DNA of 52,830 bases, taken from Patescibacteria group bacterium (GTDB lineage: Bacteria; Patescibacteriota; Patescibacteriia; Patescibacteriales; UBA12465). Shown one piece after another: positions 1 through 9,924 of this stretch (positions within the stretch are counted from its first letter, which is position 1; each line of letters opens with the position of its first letter). The notes below the pieces were generated by a model, which made no database searches, was not told the DNA's origin, and saw only the letters and a program-made list of their open reading frames with translations. The stretch is taken from assembly GCA_038245255.1 (NCBI GenBank), contig JBBRSQ010000002.1, positions 1-52,830 of the forward strand. Direction: 5' to 3'. Position numbers and translations under genes: made by a program.

Positions 1-495
1 GTAATAATGATGATGGCCATGACTGCCGACGGAAAAATTGCTCGAGATAAATTGCAATTTACCGATTGGACTAGCCCTGAGGATAAAAAATTATTTGTCG
101 AAATTTCAAAAGCTTGCGGAGTAGTTGTAATGGGAGAGAATACATTTAAGACTTTCCCCTCACCTCTTAAAAATCGTCTTAACGTCGTTTTTTCGGAAAA
201 TGAAAATAATGAATTAATTGACGGAGTTAAATGGGTTAAAGGCCAGCCAGAAAAAGTATTAGCGGATTTAGAACAAATGGGCTATAAGTCAGTTCTCTTG
301 GGCGGAGGCTCTTTCCTAAATTCCCTATTTTTAGAAAATAAATTAATTAACGAAATAATTCTGACAGTTGAACCTAAAATATTCGGTTCCGGTTTATCAT
401 TATTTAATAGAAATTTGGATGCCGATTTAAAATTATTAGACTTTAAAAAACTTAATGAAAATGCTTTAATGTTGCACTATCAAGTTATTTATTAG
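1..495 (+). CDS. RibD C-terminal / dihydrofolate-reductase-family reductase (5' partial, frame open to window edge)
   Basis: Frame is open from nt 1 (VIMMMAMTADGKIA...). The motifs MTADGKIA, VVMGENTF and LLGGGSFLNS..L..LI.E are typical of the RibD_C/DHFR-like fold. Confidence 0.6.
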   Translation, partial: VIMMMAMTADGKIARDKLQFTDWTSPEDKKLFVEISKACGVVVMGENTFKTFPSPLKNRLNVVFSENENNELIDGVKWVKGQPEKVLADLEQMGYKSVLLGGGSFLNSLFLENKLINEIILTVEPKIFGSGLSLFNRNLDADLKLLDFKKLNENALMLHYQVIY

Positions 496-496
496 T

Positions 497-1060
497 ATGA
501 AAAAAATAATACTCGGCCTAGTTGGCGAAGTCGCCAGCGGTAAAGATGTAACAAAAAAATATTTGGAAGAAAACTACGGTTCAAGTTGTCACCGCTTTTC
601 GACTATTCTTCGAGACATTCTCGGGCGACTTTATTTACCAATCGTCAGAGAAAACTTACAAGATCTCTCGACAATGCTACGAGCACGTTTCCGCGAAGAT
701 ATATTTGCAAAAATAATAGCTGAAGATGTAAAAAATGACGCTCATGAAATTATTGTTGTTGATGGCATTCGTCGCGAAGCAGATATAAAGTATTTAAAGA
801 ATTTAGAAGGTTTTACTTTATTTAGTATTGAAGTCGAAGCAAAAACCCGCTTTGAGCGTTTAATTAAACGCCAGGAAAACGCTGATGATGCTTCGAAAAC
901 TTATGAGCAATTCTTAGCCGACGGCCAAAAAGAAGCGGAAATAAATATCGCCAGCGTAATGTCGACGGCTAATTATAAGTTAGACAATAACGGTAAACTT
1001 GAAAATTTATATTTGCAGATTGAAAAAATAATTATCGAATTAGAAAAAAAGTATGAATAA
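497..1060 (+). CDS. P-loop nucleoside/nucleotide kinase family protein (dNMP kinase / dephospho-CoA-kinase-like)
   Basis: Walker A motif GLVGEVASGKD at the N-terminus and a VVDGIRREADIKYL segment. About 187 aa. Starts 1 nt after the upstream stop and overlaps the next gene by 8 nt. Confidence 0.5.
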   Translation: MKKIILGLVGEVASGKDVTKKYLEENYGSSCHRFSTILRDILGRLYLPIVRENLQDLSTMLRARFREDIFAKIIAEDVKNDAHEIIVVDGIRREADIKYLKNLEGFTLFSIEVEAKTRFERLIKRQENADDASKTYEQFLADGQKEAEINIASVMSTANYKLDNNGKLENLYLQIEKIIIELEKKYE

Positions 1061-2279
1061 CTATCCCGGAAAATTAATAGTCTTCTATGGAATAAATAAT
1101 CTTGGTAAAAGTACCCAGGCTAAGTTATTGGTGGAACGCTTAAAAAATAATGGCTATCAAGCTGAATATGTAAAATATGCTATTTATTCTCTCGCTCCTT
1201 CTGGCGTAATTTTAAATGATTATTTACGCTCCGGTAATCCCTATAATTTAAGCCCACGCGAGGCCCAGACAATTCAGGCTTTAAATCGAACTCAATATCA
1301 AAACGAATTAATTGGCAAATTAAAAGCCGGGATAAACGTTGTGGCCGAGGATTATAAAGGCACGGGAATTGCCTGGGGCTTAGGTGCTGGCGTTGAAGAA
1401 GCTTATTTAAAAGAAATAAATTCACACTTAATTGACGAAGACTTGGTTTTTCTTTTTGATGGGGAGCGCTTTCGTCAAGCGATTGAAAATAATCATAAAC
1501 ATGAAAACGATGAAGAATTGACAACAAAAGTACGCTGGGCACATTTAAAACTACGCGAAGAATATGGCTGGTGGAAAATTAATGCTAACTTAGCGATTGA
1601 AGAAATACACGAAGAAATTTGGGAAACTGTTCGCGATTTACTCGAAGGGCCAAAAATAATAATTAAACCTAGAGAAATTTATAATTACTCCGGCTTTCAA
1701 GCGATCGGTGATATTATTACTGATAACCGCCAAACCGATATCACGGCTGAAAACTCTATTTTTGAAAAACAAGCCGTCCCTCCCGTTTTAAATTCAGTTA
1801 CTGAGCCTGAAAGCGTAAAAAATAAATCTATCGAGGCTTCCTTAGCTCCCCAAAAAAATATTCTCCGCCTTGAAAAAATGAGTGCTTCGGCTAAAATACC
1901 ACAAAAGGCTCATAGTGGGGACGCTGGTTATGATTTATATGCAAACGATTATTATTCAATTTCCCCTTACGGACAGGCCCTAGTAGCAACGGGAATAAAA
2001 ATGGCAATCCCTGAAAATTACGTTGGTTTAATTTGGGACAAAAGTGGCATTGCCTTTGAAGGCATAAAAACAATGGGCGGCGTAATCGACTCCAATTACC
2101 GCGGTGAAATTAAAGTTATTATTAAAAATTTAAGTGAAGAAATATTTAACATTGTACCTGGTCAAAAAATTGCCCAGATTCTAATTCAAGCGATTACAGA
2201 TTTAACAATTAGCGAAGAAACAATAAGCGAACAAACCGAGCGATCAGCCGATGGCTTCGGTAGTTCCGGTAAATTTTAA
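1053..2279 (+). CDS. Fusion protein: thymidylate-kinase-like P-loop domain + linker + dUTPase
   Basis: N-terminus has GINNLGKSTQAKLL (P-loop) and VAEDYKGTGIAWG (Tmk DRY-like region). C-terminus has dUTPase motifs AGYDLYA, GVIDSNYRGEI and GFGSSGKF. It is one uninterrupted frame. Confidence 0.75.
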   Translation: MNNYPGKLIVFYGINNLGKSTQAKLLVERLKNNGYQAEYVKYAIYSLAPSGVILNDYLRSGNPYNLSPREAQTIQALNRTQYQNELIGKLKAGINVVAEDYKGTGIAWGLGAGVEEAYLKEINSHLIDEDLVFLFDGERFRQAIENNHKHENDEELTTKVRWAHLKLREEYGWWKINANLAIEEIHEEIWETVRDLLEGPKIIIKPREIYNYSGFQAIGDIITDNRQTDITAENSIFEKQAVPPVLNSVTEPESVKNKSIEASLAPQKNILRLEKMSASAKIPQKAHSGDAGYDLYANDYYSISPYGQALVATGIKMAIPENYVGLIWDKSGIAFEGIKTMGGVIDSNYRGEIKVIIKNLSEEIFNIVPGQKIAQILIQAITDLTISEETISEQTERSADGFGSSGKF

Positions 2280-2283
2280 ATCT

Positions 2284-3789
2284 ATGAAATACGATGTAAT
2301 TATCGGCTTGGAAATCCACGCCGAACTCAAAACAAAGAGTAAAATGTTTTGTTCTTGCGATAATAATTCAACGGACAAGGCGCCAAACACGACTGTTTGT
2401 CCGATTTGTCTTGGTCATCCCGGCACTCTTCCCGTTCCTAATCGTGAAGCCATTAACTTTACTATAAAAACCGGCCTCGCTCTACATTCAAAAATAAATC
2501 GCATTTCTAAATTTGATCGTAAAAATTATTTTTATCCAGACCTACCTAAAGGATACCAAATTTCTCAATTTGATTTACCGCTATGTTTTGGCGGCTATTT
2601 AGAAATAGGAGATTCCAAAATTGAAATTACCCGCATTCACCTCGAAGAGGACACCGGAAAATCTGCGCATTTTAAAGACAAGGACTACACACTCCTTGAT
2701 TTTAATCGCGCCGGGACACCTTTAATGGAGCTTGTAACTGAACCGGTCATTAAAGACGCTCTTGAGGCGAAAAAATTCTGTCAGGCCTATCAGCAAATCT
2801 TGAGATATTTACGTATCAGTAATGCCGATATGGAAAAAGGAGAAATGCGCTGCGAAGCTAATATTAGCCTTCAAGAAAAAGGCAAATGGGAGTATAAAGA
2901 TGGTTTAATAAAACCATTAAAAAAGTATAAATTAAATAACAAAGTTGAAGTTAAAAATATAAATTCTTTTCGCGCGGTTGAAAAAGCGATTAACTTTGAA
3001 ATTGAAAGACAGTCAGCAAGTCTAGATAATAAAGAAGAACTTTCCGCCGAAACTCGAGGCTGGGACGAAAATAAAGCAAAAACAATTAGCCAACGAGTAA
3101 AAGAGTCTTCGGCTGATTATCGTTATTTCCCCGAACCAGATATTCCACCATTAAGTATAGACGAAGAGTGGCTAGAAAAACTTCAAGCTGAGCTGCCAGA
3201 AATGCCTCGTGCAAAGAAAGAACGTTTTATGCACGAATATAATTTAGCAAACGACATTACTGAAATTTTAATCAGTGATAAAGCTCTGGCTGATTGGACG
3301 GAGAATGTTATTTCTGAACTTGATGCTTGGATCGAAGCTAACGGCGACATTCAGGAGCGTCAAGAAAAAAGATTAGCTAAAACCGCGGGCAACTGGATAA
3401 CCAGTGAGCTTTTAAGATATTTAAACGCTGATAATAAAAGAATTACTGATTTAAAATTAACAGCGGAAAACTTCGCTGAATTAATCGCTCTTATTTATCA
3501 GGAGAAAATAAATTCCTCCGCTGGTCAAAGAATTCTTGAAGAAATGTATAAAAATGGCGGTGACCCGACAGATATTATGAGAGATATGGGTTTAGAACAA
3601 ATGGATAATACCGAAGAACTTAGCTTAGCGGTTAATAAAGTTATTTTAGCTAACCCCGCTCAAGCCAAAGACTATCGCGCCGGTAAGACTAATCTTTTAC
3701 AATTCTTCGTCGGGCAAGTTATGGCCGAAACACGAGGTAAGGCAAACCCAAAAATTGTCGCCGAGCTTTTAACAAAACTCCTTAAGTAA
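2284..3789 (+). CDS. gatB: Asp/Glu-tRNA amidotransferase subunit B
   Basis: MKYDVIIGLEIHAEL, CPICLGHPGTLP, YFYPDLPKGYQISQ and the C-terminal YqeY-like tail are present. I prefer the ATG at 2284 over the track start at 2251, which overlaps the dut stop. Confidence 0.9.
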   Translation: MKYDVIIGLEIHAELKTKSKMFCSCDNNSTDKAPNTTVCPICLGHPGTLPVPNREAINFTIKTGLALHSKINRISKFDRKNYFYPDLPKGYQISQFDLPLCFGGYLEIGDSKIEITRIHLEEDTGKSAHFKDKDYTLLDFNRAGTPLMELVTEPVIKDALEAKKFCQAYQQILRYLRISNADMEKGEMRCEANISLQEKGKWEYKDGLIKPLKKYKLNNKVEVKNINSFRAVEKAINFEIERQSASLDNKEELSAETRGWDENKAKTISQRVKESSADYRYFPEPDIPPLSIDEEWLEKLQAELPEMPRAKKERFMHEYNLANDITEILISDKALADWTENVISELDAWIEANGDIQERQEKRLAKTAGNWITSELLRYLNADNKRITDLKLTAENFAELIALIYQEKINSSAGQRILEEMYKNGGDPTDIMRDMGLEQMDNTEELSLAVNKVILANPAQAKDYRAGKTNLLQFFVGQVMAETRGKANPKIVAELLTKLLK

Positions 3790-3807
3790 ATTTTTAATTA
3801 AATTTTT

Positions 3808-3834
3808 AAAAAGAACTATAATATAGTTCTTTTT
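3808..3834. terminator. Bidirectional rho-independent terminator between convergent gatB and miaA
   Basis: Palindrome AGAACTATA-a-TATAGTTCT flanked by an A-run on the left and a T-run on the right. Confidence 0.65.
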
Positions 3835-4789
3835 ATTTAACATCAAATTTGTTTGCTCTAAGTATATCTCTTGCGCCCTTAATATCTTCCACCCAATTTA
3901 TTTTCTGCCCTTGCTTTTCCCAACGCTTAAACCAAGTTTTTTGGCGCTTAGCAAATCGCCAAAGAGCCGTTTTAAGTTTTACAATCATTTCCTCGTACTC
4001 TAAAAGTTCTTGTAAATATTGACTAACGAATTTATATTCTAAGCCAAAACTTACTAAACGCTCAAAACTTACGCCATCTGCGCGCAAGCTCTCAACTTCA
4101 GCGACTAAACCTTCTTTTAAACGATCGTCGAGCCGTTTATTAATTCTATCTTTCAAAATCTCCTCCGAACAAGTAATACCAATTACAAAAAAATCATACG
4201 CCGAAACCGGCTTTTTTATTTTTTCTTTCTTCCCTTCTTGAAGAATCTCTAGATATCGAATTAAACGCCGAGAATTATTTTTATCTGAGTTATTTAGACG
4301 CTCAGCAAATTCTGGTTTTAAACTTTCTAATTTCTGAAACAATTCGACACGACTAAATTTTTCAAGTTCGTTGCGATATGCTAAATTCGGTTTAACACTC
4401 GAAAGTTTATAATTATCGACAATAGCTTGTAAGTATAAGCCAGACCCACCAACAATAATCGGCAGCTTTCCGCGTCCCTCAATCTCCGCAATCGCTTTAA
4501 AAGCTAATTTTTGATATTTAGCCAAATCGAATTTCTGCTTCGGACTGACGACGTCGATTAAGTGATGTTTGATTTTTTTTCCCTTAATTCTATACTCATT
4601 TAAATCTTTCCCAGTGCCGATATCCATGCCTTTATAGACTTGGCGGCTATCAGCACTAATAATCTCTCCGCCGAGCTCAGAGGCTAATTTTACGCCAATA
4701 GCGGTCTTTCCAGCCGAAGTGGTACCCAAAATTACCAATATTTTTGGCTTTACAGTTATAAGCATTTTGGTTGTCTTCGGCCTGGGCAT
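3833..4789 (-). CDS. miaA: tRNA dimethylallyltransferase
   Basis: GTTSAGKT P-loop, ISADSRQVYKGMDIGTGK and GGSGLYLQA. An alternative ATG lies at 4765. Confidence 0.9.
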   Translation of the reverse strand: MPRPKTTKMLITVKPKILVILGTTSAGKTAIGVKLASELGGEIISADSRQVYKGMDIGTGKDLNEYRIKGKKIKHHLIDVVSPKQKFDLAKYQKLAFKAIAEIEGRGKLPIIVGGSGLYLQAIVDNYKLSSVKPNLAYRNELEKFSRVELFQKLESLKPEFAERLNNSDKNNSRRLIRYLEILQEGKKEKIKKPVSAYDFFVIGITCSEEILKDRINKRLDDRLKEGLVAEVESLRADGVSFERLVSFGLEYKFVSQYLQELLEYEEMIVKLKTALWRFAKRQKTWFKRWEKQGQKINWVEDIKGARDILRANKFDVK

Positions 4790-4800
4790 AAATATCGATA

Positions 4801-6132
4801 TTATTTTTGCAAATCACCTTCAAGTGCAAACGGTAAAACTTCAGAAATTTTCACTTTAGCGAAAGTGCCAATTAATTTTTCACTTGCTTTTTTAAGGGGT
4901 CGCGCTAAGACTGTTTGATACGTCGTCATTTTCCCATAATATTTTCCCCGCTTATTTATACCCTCAATTAAAATTTTAATCTCTCGTCCAATATATTTTT
5001 GATTATTAGCTAGGGCTGTTTTTTTTAAAATAACATCCAAAACCTCTTCGCGTCTTTTTTTCTCCTCTGGCTTAACATTATCTTTCATTTTCGCCGACAC
5101 CGTGCCTGGGCGCGGACTATATTTTGAAATATAAGCTAAATCATATTTCATTTTTTGAAACAATTTAACTGTGTTTTCAAATTGTTTCTTTGTTTCTGAT
5201 GGAAAACCAACAATTACATCAGTTGTAATAGCAATTCCCGGCTTAGCCTTACGAACTTTATTAATTAAATCTTCATAATGTTTAACTGTATACTTCCGGT
5301 TCATAATTTCTAAAATTTTGTCATCACCCGATTGGACGGCTAAATGCAAATGAGCGCATATTTTTTCAGATTCGCCAATTACTTTAATTAAGGCGTCACT
5401 CATATCTTTAGGATGGCTAGACGAAAATCTTAGCCAGAAATCTCCCGGGATATTAGCCACCTCCTCAAGCAGTTTAGAAAAATCATATTTGCCATCGTGA
5501 TAGGAATTTACATTTTGGGCTATTAACATTATTTCTTTATAGCCCTTTTTGACCAAGTCTTTAACTTCGCGTAGAATTTCTTTGGCTGGTCGGTAAACTT
5601 CTCGTCCGCGCGCATAAGGAACAACACAATAAGCACAAAAATTATTACAACCATTACCAATCGGAACATAAGCACTAAACAGCTTTGTATGTTTTGGTAA
5701 AATATCTAGGTATTTTTCTCCCTGCTTAAGTCTAACTTCATCAAGACTAAATTCGGGGATTAGTTCTTTCCCGGCCAGAAGCTTTGGTAGTTGAATCATC
5801 TCATTAATGGGCAAAAAAATATCGACTTTTTCTTTCAAACGTTTTTTAACATCAGCGCGCTTACTTAAACAACCTGTTAAAACTATTTTGGCGCTAGGAT
5901 TATTTTTATGAATTGTGTTAACTAAACCATAGGCTCTGTCTTCGGCCATTTGCCTTATGCCACAAGTATTAACTATTACCACGCCCGCTTTTTTAATATC
6001 GCTTGAAAGATGATATTCATTATCCTCTAAAAAGGCCGCCAGACGCTCACTATCAACAACATTCATCTGACAGCCAATTGTTAGTATATGATAACTTTTA
6101 TTATTTTTTACTATTTGTTTTAATTTCAACAT
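4801..6132 (-). CDS. miaB: tRNA-i6A37 methylthiotransferase (radical SAM)
   Basis: TIGCQMN at the N-terminus, the radical-SAM motif GCNNFCAYCVVPYARGRE, and a C-terminal TRAM-like domain. Confidence 0.9.
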   Translation of the reverse strand: MLKLKQIVKNNKSYHILTIGCQMNVVDSERLAAFLEDNEYHLSSDIKKAGVVIVNTCGIRQMAEDRAYGLVNTIHKNNPSAKIVLTGCLSKRADVKKRLKEKVDIFLPINEMIQLPKLLAGKELIPEFSLDEVRLKQGEKYLDILPKHTKLFSAYVPIGNGCNNFCAYCVVPYARGREVYRPAKEILREVKDLVKKGYKEIMLIAQNVNSYHDGKYDFSKLLEEVANIPGDFWLRFSSSHPKDMSDALIKVIGESEKICAHLHLAVQSGDDKILEIMNRKYTVKHYEDLINKVRKAKPGIAITTDVIVGFPSETKKQFENTVKLFQKMKYDLAYISKYSPRPGTVSAKMKDNVKPEEKKRREEVLDVILKKTALANNQKYIGREIKILIEGINKRGKYYGKMTTYQTVLARPLKKASEKLIGTFAKVKISEVLPFALEGDLQK

Positions 6133-7909
6133 TTTCTTTTGTACTTAGTTTATATAAACCAAATTTTGCATTTACTTTTTTAACTAATTTCATTTCTAAA
6201 TTATAATCAACAAACTTCCGTTCGTTTAAGTAGGCCACGTCCTTATCGTTCAAATAAAAGTTATAATAATAAACGGGATAATAATTAACGAGATTTCGAA
6301 CCGCTTTTAGTATTTCGCCATTTGGTAGTTTGCCCATAATTATACGCCTTTCGGGGAAAAAGAATTTATCATAGTATTGAGTAATGATAATACTCTGCGG
6401 CTCAGTCAGTGCAAACACTTTCTCCGTATTAGTTTTCTCCGCTAAGTTATTGTAGTAAAGATAAGCGAGCCCTTCTTCAGAACCAAAAAGCACAAAGGTA
6501 ACTCCGATTGAAGCAATCACTAAAACAGCTACCGCCTGCAAGCCAGCGGCTAGGATTTTACGGATTCGAGCTGGCGTCTTCTCACTAATTAAAAATAAGG
6601 CACGCGAAACGCGTATAATAGCCAAAGAAACCAGGGGTAAAAGCAATAAATAAATCGGCAGCCAATATCTCGTATAGGAATTACCAATCGTAAAATGAGT
6701 CGGATCAGGATTATCATTAAACTTCCAACTGCCATAATAAAAAACTAAAATAATTCCCAAAACTCCCCAAACCAAAATATAAACTAAATATTTTTTTTGA
6801 AATTTTTTAATATTTTGAACTAAAAGCAATAATAAACCCAGGGCGCCTAAATAAACTAAAACTGGAAACATTATTAAAACATATTGACGGAACATGTTTA
6901 TTGATTGCTCGCCGTTAAAACCAAAATAAAAAATATTATGAGTCAAAGTTTGAAAATAGTTTCGATAAGTATCAAGTTGACCAAGAACTCCCGATTTTAC
7001 AACGGCGTCGCCCGCCACGCCTAACTCCTCAAGGGAACGATTCATTTCATTATAACCTCCTCGAAAAGGATTCTGATACAAAATCGTATTCCAATAAGCA
7101 ACTGGTAGAAGAGCTAAAAATATTCCGGCCAAAAATATAACTAATTTAATGACCCCCAAACGTCGCGCATAAAAAATCCAAATTATGGCAAAAATTGGAG
7201 CTAGCCAGATAATTTCTGATGTTCGAGTAATAATTGCCATGCCCGCAAATACGCCCGCAATAAAAGCCGCACTTATTTCCAGAGTTCTTTTTAAGTTAAA
7301 CTTAATTGAAAAAAAATTATTCCGAAAACGCTCCCAAAGCTTAAATTTATTTTTTTCTCCCAGTGCCAGAGAGAATAAATATGAACTTATTATTAAAAAA
7401 ACAATAAATAAAACATTATGAAACATGCTCCTTACCGTATAGTATATGTAAACTGGAAAAGTTGCTAAAAGAAAGGCAGAAATAAGCCCGAGACGTTGAT
7501 TTTTAAAGATTCTACTTACCCATAAATAAAAAAATATAATTCCTAGCACCGCAAAAAATGGTGTTAAAAAGGGTATTACCCAAATTCCGAGCCATGATCC
7601 GATTGTGCCGTAAGTAAGAATCATTCCCAAAAAACTTACTGGTTTGACCCAGCCGGAATCACTTCGCAAACTTCGTGGCATAACCAAATTATCACCAATC
7701 ACAGCTGCCGGATCAAAATAGGCTAATTCACCCACCTCACTATAGCGTTTGCTAAAAAAATAATTCGCTGTTTCATCAGGTGAAGTCCATTTAGTGTAAT
7801 CCTTATCTTGTGTTAAAAGATTAAAACTGGCAGTTGCTATAAAGAAAATAAGCGCCAATAAAGTGACGATTAAGAGATTTGATAATTTTAGCCATTTAAT
7901 TTTCATCAT
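6101..7909 (-). CDS. Large polytopic membrane protein, GT-C-fold glycosyltransferase-like (PMT/ArnT-like)
   Basis: More than 10 hydrophobic segments. A DE motif sits in the first extracytoplasmic loop (WTSPDETANYFFSKRY), as in PMT/ArnT-type GT-C enzymes. The C-terminal 130 aa or so look soluble. Confidence 0.5.
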   Translation of the reverse strand: MMKIKWLKLSNLLIVTLLALIFFIATASFNLLTQDKDYTKWTSPDETANYFFSKRYSEVGELAYFDPAAVIGDNLVMPRSLRSDSGWVKPVSFLGMILTYGTIGSWLGIWVIPFLTPFFAVLGIIFFYLWVSRIFKNQRLGLISAFLLATFPVYIYYTVRSMFHNVLFIVFLIISSYLFSLALGEKNKFKLWERFRNNFFSIKFNLKRTLEISAAFIAGVFAGMAIITRTSEIIWLAPIFAIIWIFYARRLGVIKLVIFLAGIFLALLPVAYWNTILYQNPFRGGYNEMNRSLEELGVAGDAVVKSGVLGQLDTYRNYFQTLTHNIFYFGFNGEQSINMFRQYVLIMFPVLVYLGALGLLLLLVQNIKKFQKKYLVYILVWGVLGIILVFYYGSWKFNDNPDPTHFTIGNSYTRYWLPIYLLLLPLVSLAIIRVSRALFLISEKTPARIRKILAAGLQAVAVLVIASIGVTFVLFGSEEGLAYLYYNNLAEKTNTEKVFALTEPQSIIITQYYDKFFFPERRIIMGKLPNGEILKAVRNLVNYYPVYYYNFYLNDKDVAYLNERKFVDYNLEMKLVKKVNAKFGLYKLSTKENVEIKTNSKK

Positions 7910-7965
7910 TTAAATGTTACCTAAAATTGCCAATTTTAGCAAGAATTTGCTATCATTAAGATAAT

Positions 7966-9924
7966 ATGAAAATAAGCCGAAAACTAGACAAAATAAGCCA
8001 TAATATCGCCGATTATCTACTTTTAGGGCTATCACTAATAACTGTCTTCGGGGCGGTAATTTACTATTTCTATGCTCTGAACTTAGGCTCAATTATTATT
8101 ACTTTAGGGCTTTCAAGCCTTGTTTTTTGGCTTTTACATAATCATCTTTTTAAGGGTAGCCCCAGTCTAGAAATCTCTATTAATATTATTGAAAAAAAAT
8201 CTCAGAAACATTACCTAAAATACTGGCCTTATTTACTCTATTTTCTCGTTTACATTATTAACATTTATTTTCTCTACTCAAGTCGAAGCGATAAAGCTCT
8301 AATATCACCCTGGCAAGTAGTAAATTCTAATTTCTTTGTCACGTACACAATCTCTTCTCTGATATTAATTTTTATTCTTCTTAGAAGCCATTTTTCAGCC
8401 AGCACTAAATTAATTAGTCTATCAGCTCATTATTTTTTAAGTTTTAGTGTCGCTGCCATAGTTTATAAAATTGCTTACGGCTATGATCCCTTTATTCATC
8501 AAGCAACCATGGAGCTAATTGATAAATATGGCCTGGTAACGCCAAAACCACTTTATTATCTAGGTGAATATAGTCTAATTATTATCCTTCATAAAATAAG
8601 TGGCTTATCAATTTATTTTCTAAACAAATTTTTAGTCCCAATACTAGCCGCTATTTATTTACCATATGCGAGTTATCGACTAGCTAGATTTAACGGTGCG
8701 AGCGCGAGTCGCTGGTTAGTTCCCTTATTTTTATTGACTCTTACTTTTTCACCTTTTATTTTAACAACTCCGCAAAACTTGAGTTATCTTTTCCTAATTT
8801 TAACAATAAGTTTCGGCTTAACAAAAACAAAGCCACTTTGGTCTTTAATACTCGCCAGCGCAACCTTGGCCATACATCCTTTAACTGGAATTCCGGCTAT
8901 CTGTTGGTGGCTTTTAATATTTTTAAATAAAAACTCAGGATTTTTAAAAAAAAGAAGTCAAAAATATTTACGCACTCTTATATTCATATTTAGCGCCTTA
9001 AGCTTACCAATAGCATTATTTATTTCCGGCGGAAATGATTTAAAAAAAATCTCCTGGAACTTATACTATATTATTGAGCCTTTACAAAATCTTTTTTCTA
9101 AACTAAATACTGCCGGACAAGAAAATTGGCTTCTAAATATCGTTTATTTCTTCGATTATAATTACAATTTTTGGTTAATTGTGATTTTAGTTTTTAGTTT
9201 AATATTATTCTATCGCAGTCGCCACCGTAAAAACTTGCAAAGTTTAATTTTTATTAATATTGCGCTTTTGTTTGCTTTCTTAATTTCGAGTCAAATTATC
9301 TTTGTTGATTTAATAAACTATGAACAAAACAATTTTTCCGAGCGCTTACTGGTTATAATCCTTATTTTCTTTTTACCAATAATTCTTTTTGGCGTACAAA
9401 AATTTATCGATTTAATTCTGACGCAAAATAGACTCACTAAAATAATTTGGCTTTGCCTCGGCCTAACACTTTTAACAAGTAGCCTCTATATTTCTTATCC
9501 GCGCTTTGACAGATATTTTAACTCTCGCGGTTACAGCACTTCAATTAATGATCTAAAAGCTGTTAATGAAATAGCCGCTAATTCTAAAACTTCATATATT
9601 GTTTTAGCCAATCAGCAAGTCAGCGCCGCCGCCCTGATTGAACTTGGATTCAATAATTATTATCAAACAAGCCAGGGCCCAATTTATTTTTATCCGATTC
9701 CAACCGGCGGAACGCTTTATCAATTTTATCTTGATATGGTATACAAAAACCCCAGTAGGGAGACAATGGCGAGCGCCAGAGCCTTAGCTGGGGTTAATGA
9801 ATCCTATCTAATTGTTAACAAATATTGGTTTCAAAGCGACAGAGTTATAAATGCGGCGAAAGTAAGCGCCAACTCCTGGACGTCGATTAATAATGAGGTC
9901 TTCATTTTTAAATATTTACCTTAA
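7966..9924 (+). CDS. Large polytopic membrane protein of unknown function (possibly GT-C-like)
   Basis: 652 aa with many TM segments and a C-terminal soluble domain of about 150 aa. No catalytic motif was recognised. It is divergent from the 6101-7909 gene across a 56-bp gap. Confidence 0.55.
   Translation: MKISRKLDKISHNIADYLLLGLSLITVFGAVIYYFYALNLGSIIITLGLSSLVFWLLHNHLFKGSPSLEISINIIEKKSQKHYLKYWPYLLYFLVYIINIYFLYSSRSDKALISPWQVVNSNFFVTYTISSLILIFILLRSHFSASTKLISLSAHYFLSFSVAAIVYKIAYGYDPFIHQATMELIDKYGLVTPKPLYYLGEYSLIIILHKISGLSIYFLNKFLVPILAAIYLPYASYRLARFNGASASRWLVPLFLLTLTFSPFILTTPQNLSYLFLILTISFGLTKTKPLWSLILASATLAIHPLTGIPAICWWLLIFLNKNSGFLKKRSQKYLRTLIFIFSALSLPIALFISGGNDLKKISWNLYYIIEPLQNLFSKLNTAGQENWLLNIVYFFDYNYNFWLIVILVFSLILFYRSRHRKNLQSLIFINIALLFAFLISSQIIFVDLINYEQNNFSERLLVIILIFFLPIILFGVQKFIDLILTQNRLTKIIWLCLGLTLLTSSLYISYPRFDRYFNSRGYSTSINDLKAVNEIAANSKTSYIVLANQQVSAAALIELGFNNYYQTSQGPIYFYPIPTGGTLYQFYLDMVYKNPSRETMASARALAGVNESYLIVNKYWFQSDRVINAAKVSANSWTSINNEVFIFKYLP

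Noticed and set aside
1180-1542. 120-aa antisense ORF inside the Tmk::Dut fusion gene (also 1891-2073).
   Set aside because: It is a shadow ORF, and the sense frame carries the P-loop and dUTPase motifs.
7910-8092. 60-aa - strand ORF across the divergent promoter region and the start of the 652-aa gene.
   Set aside because: It overlaps the N-terminus of a long, well-supported membrane-protein frame and has no start context.
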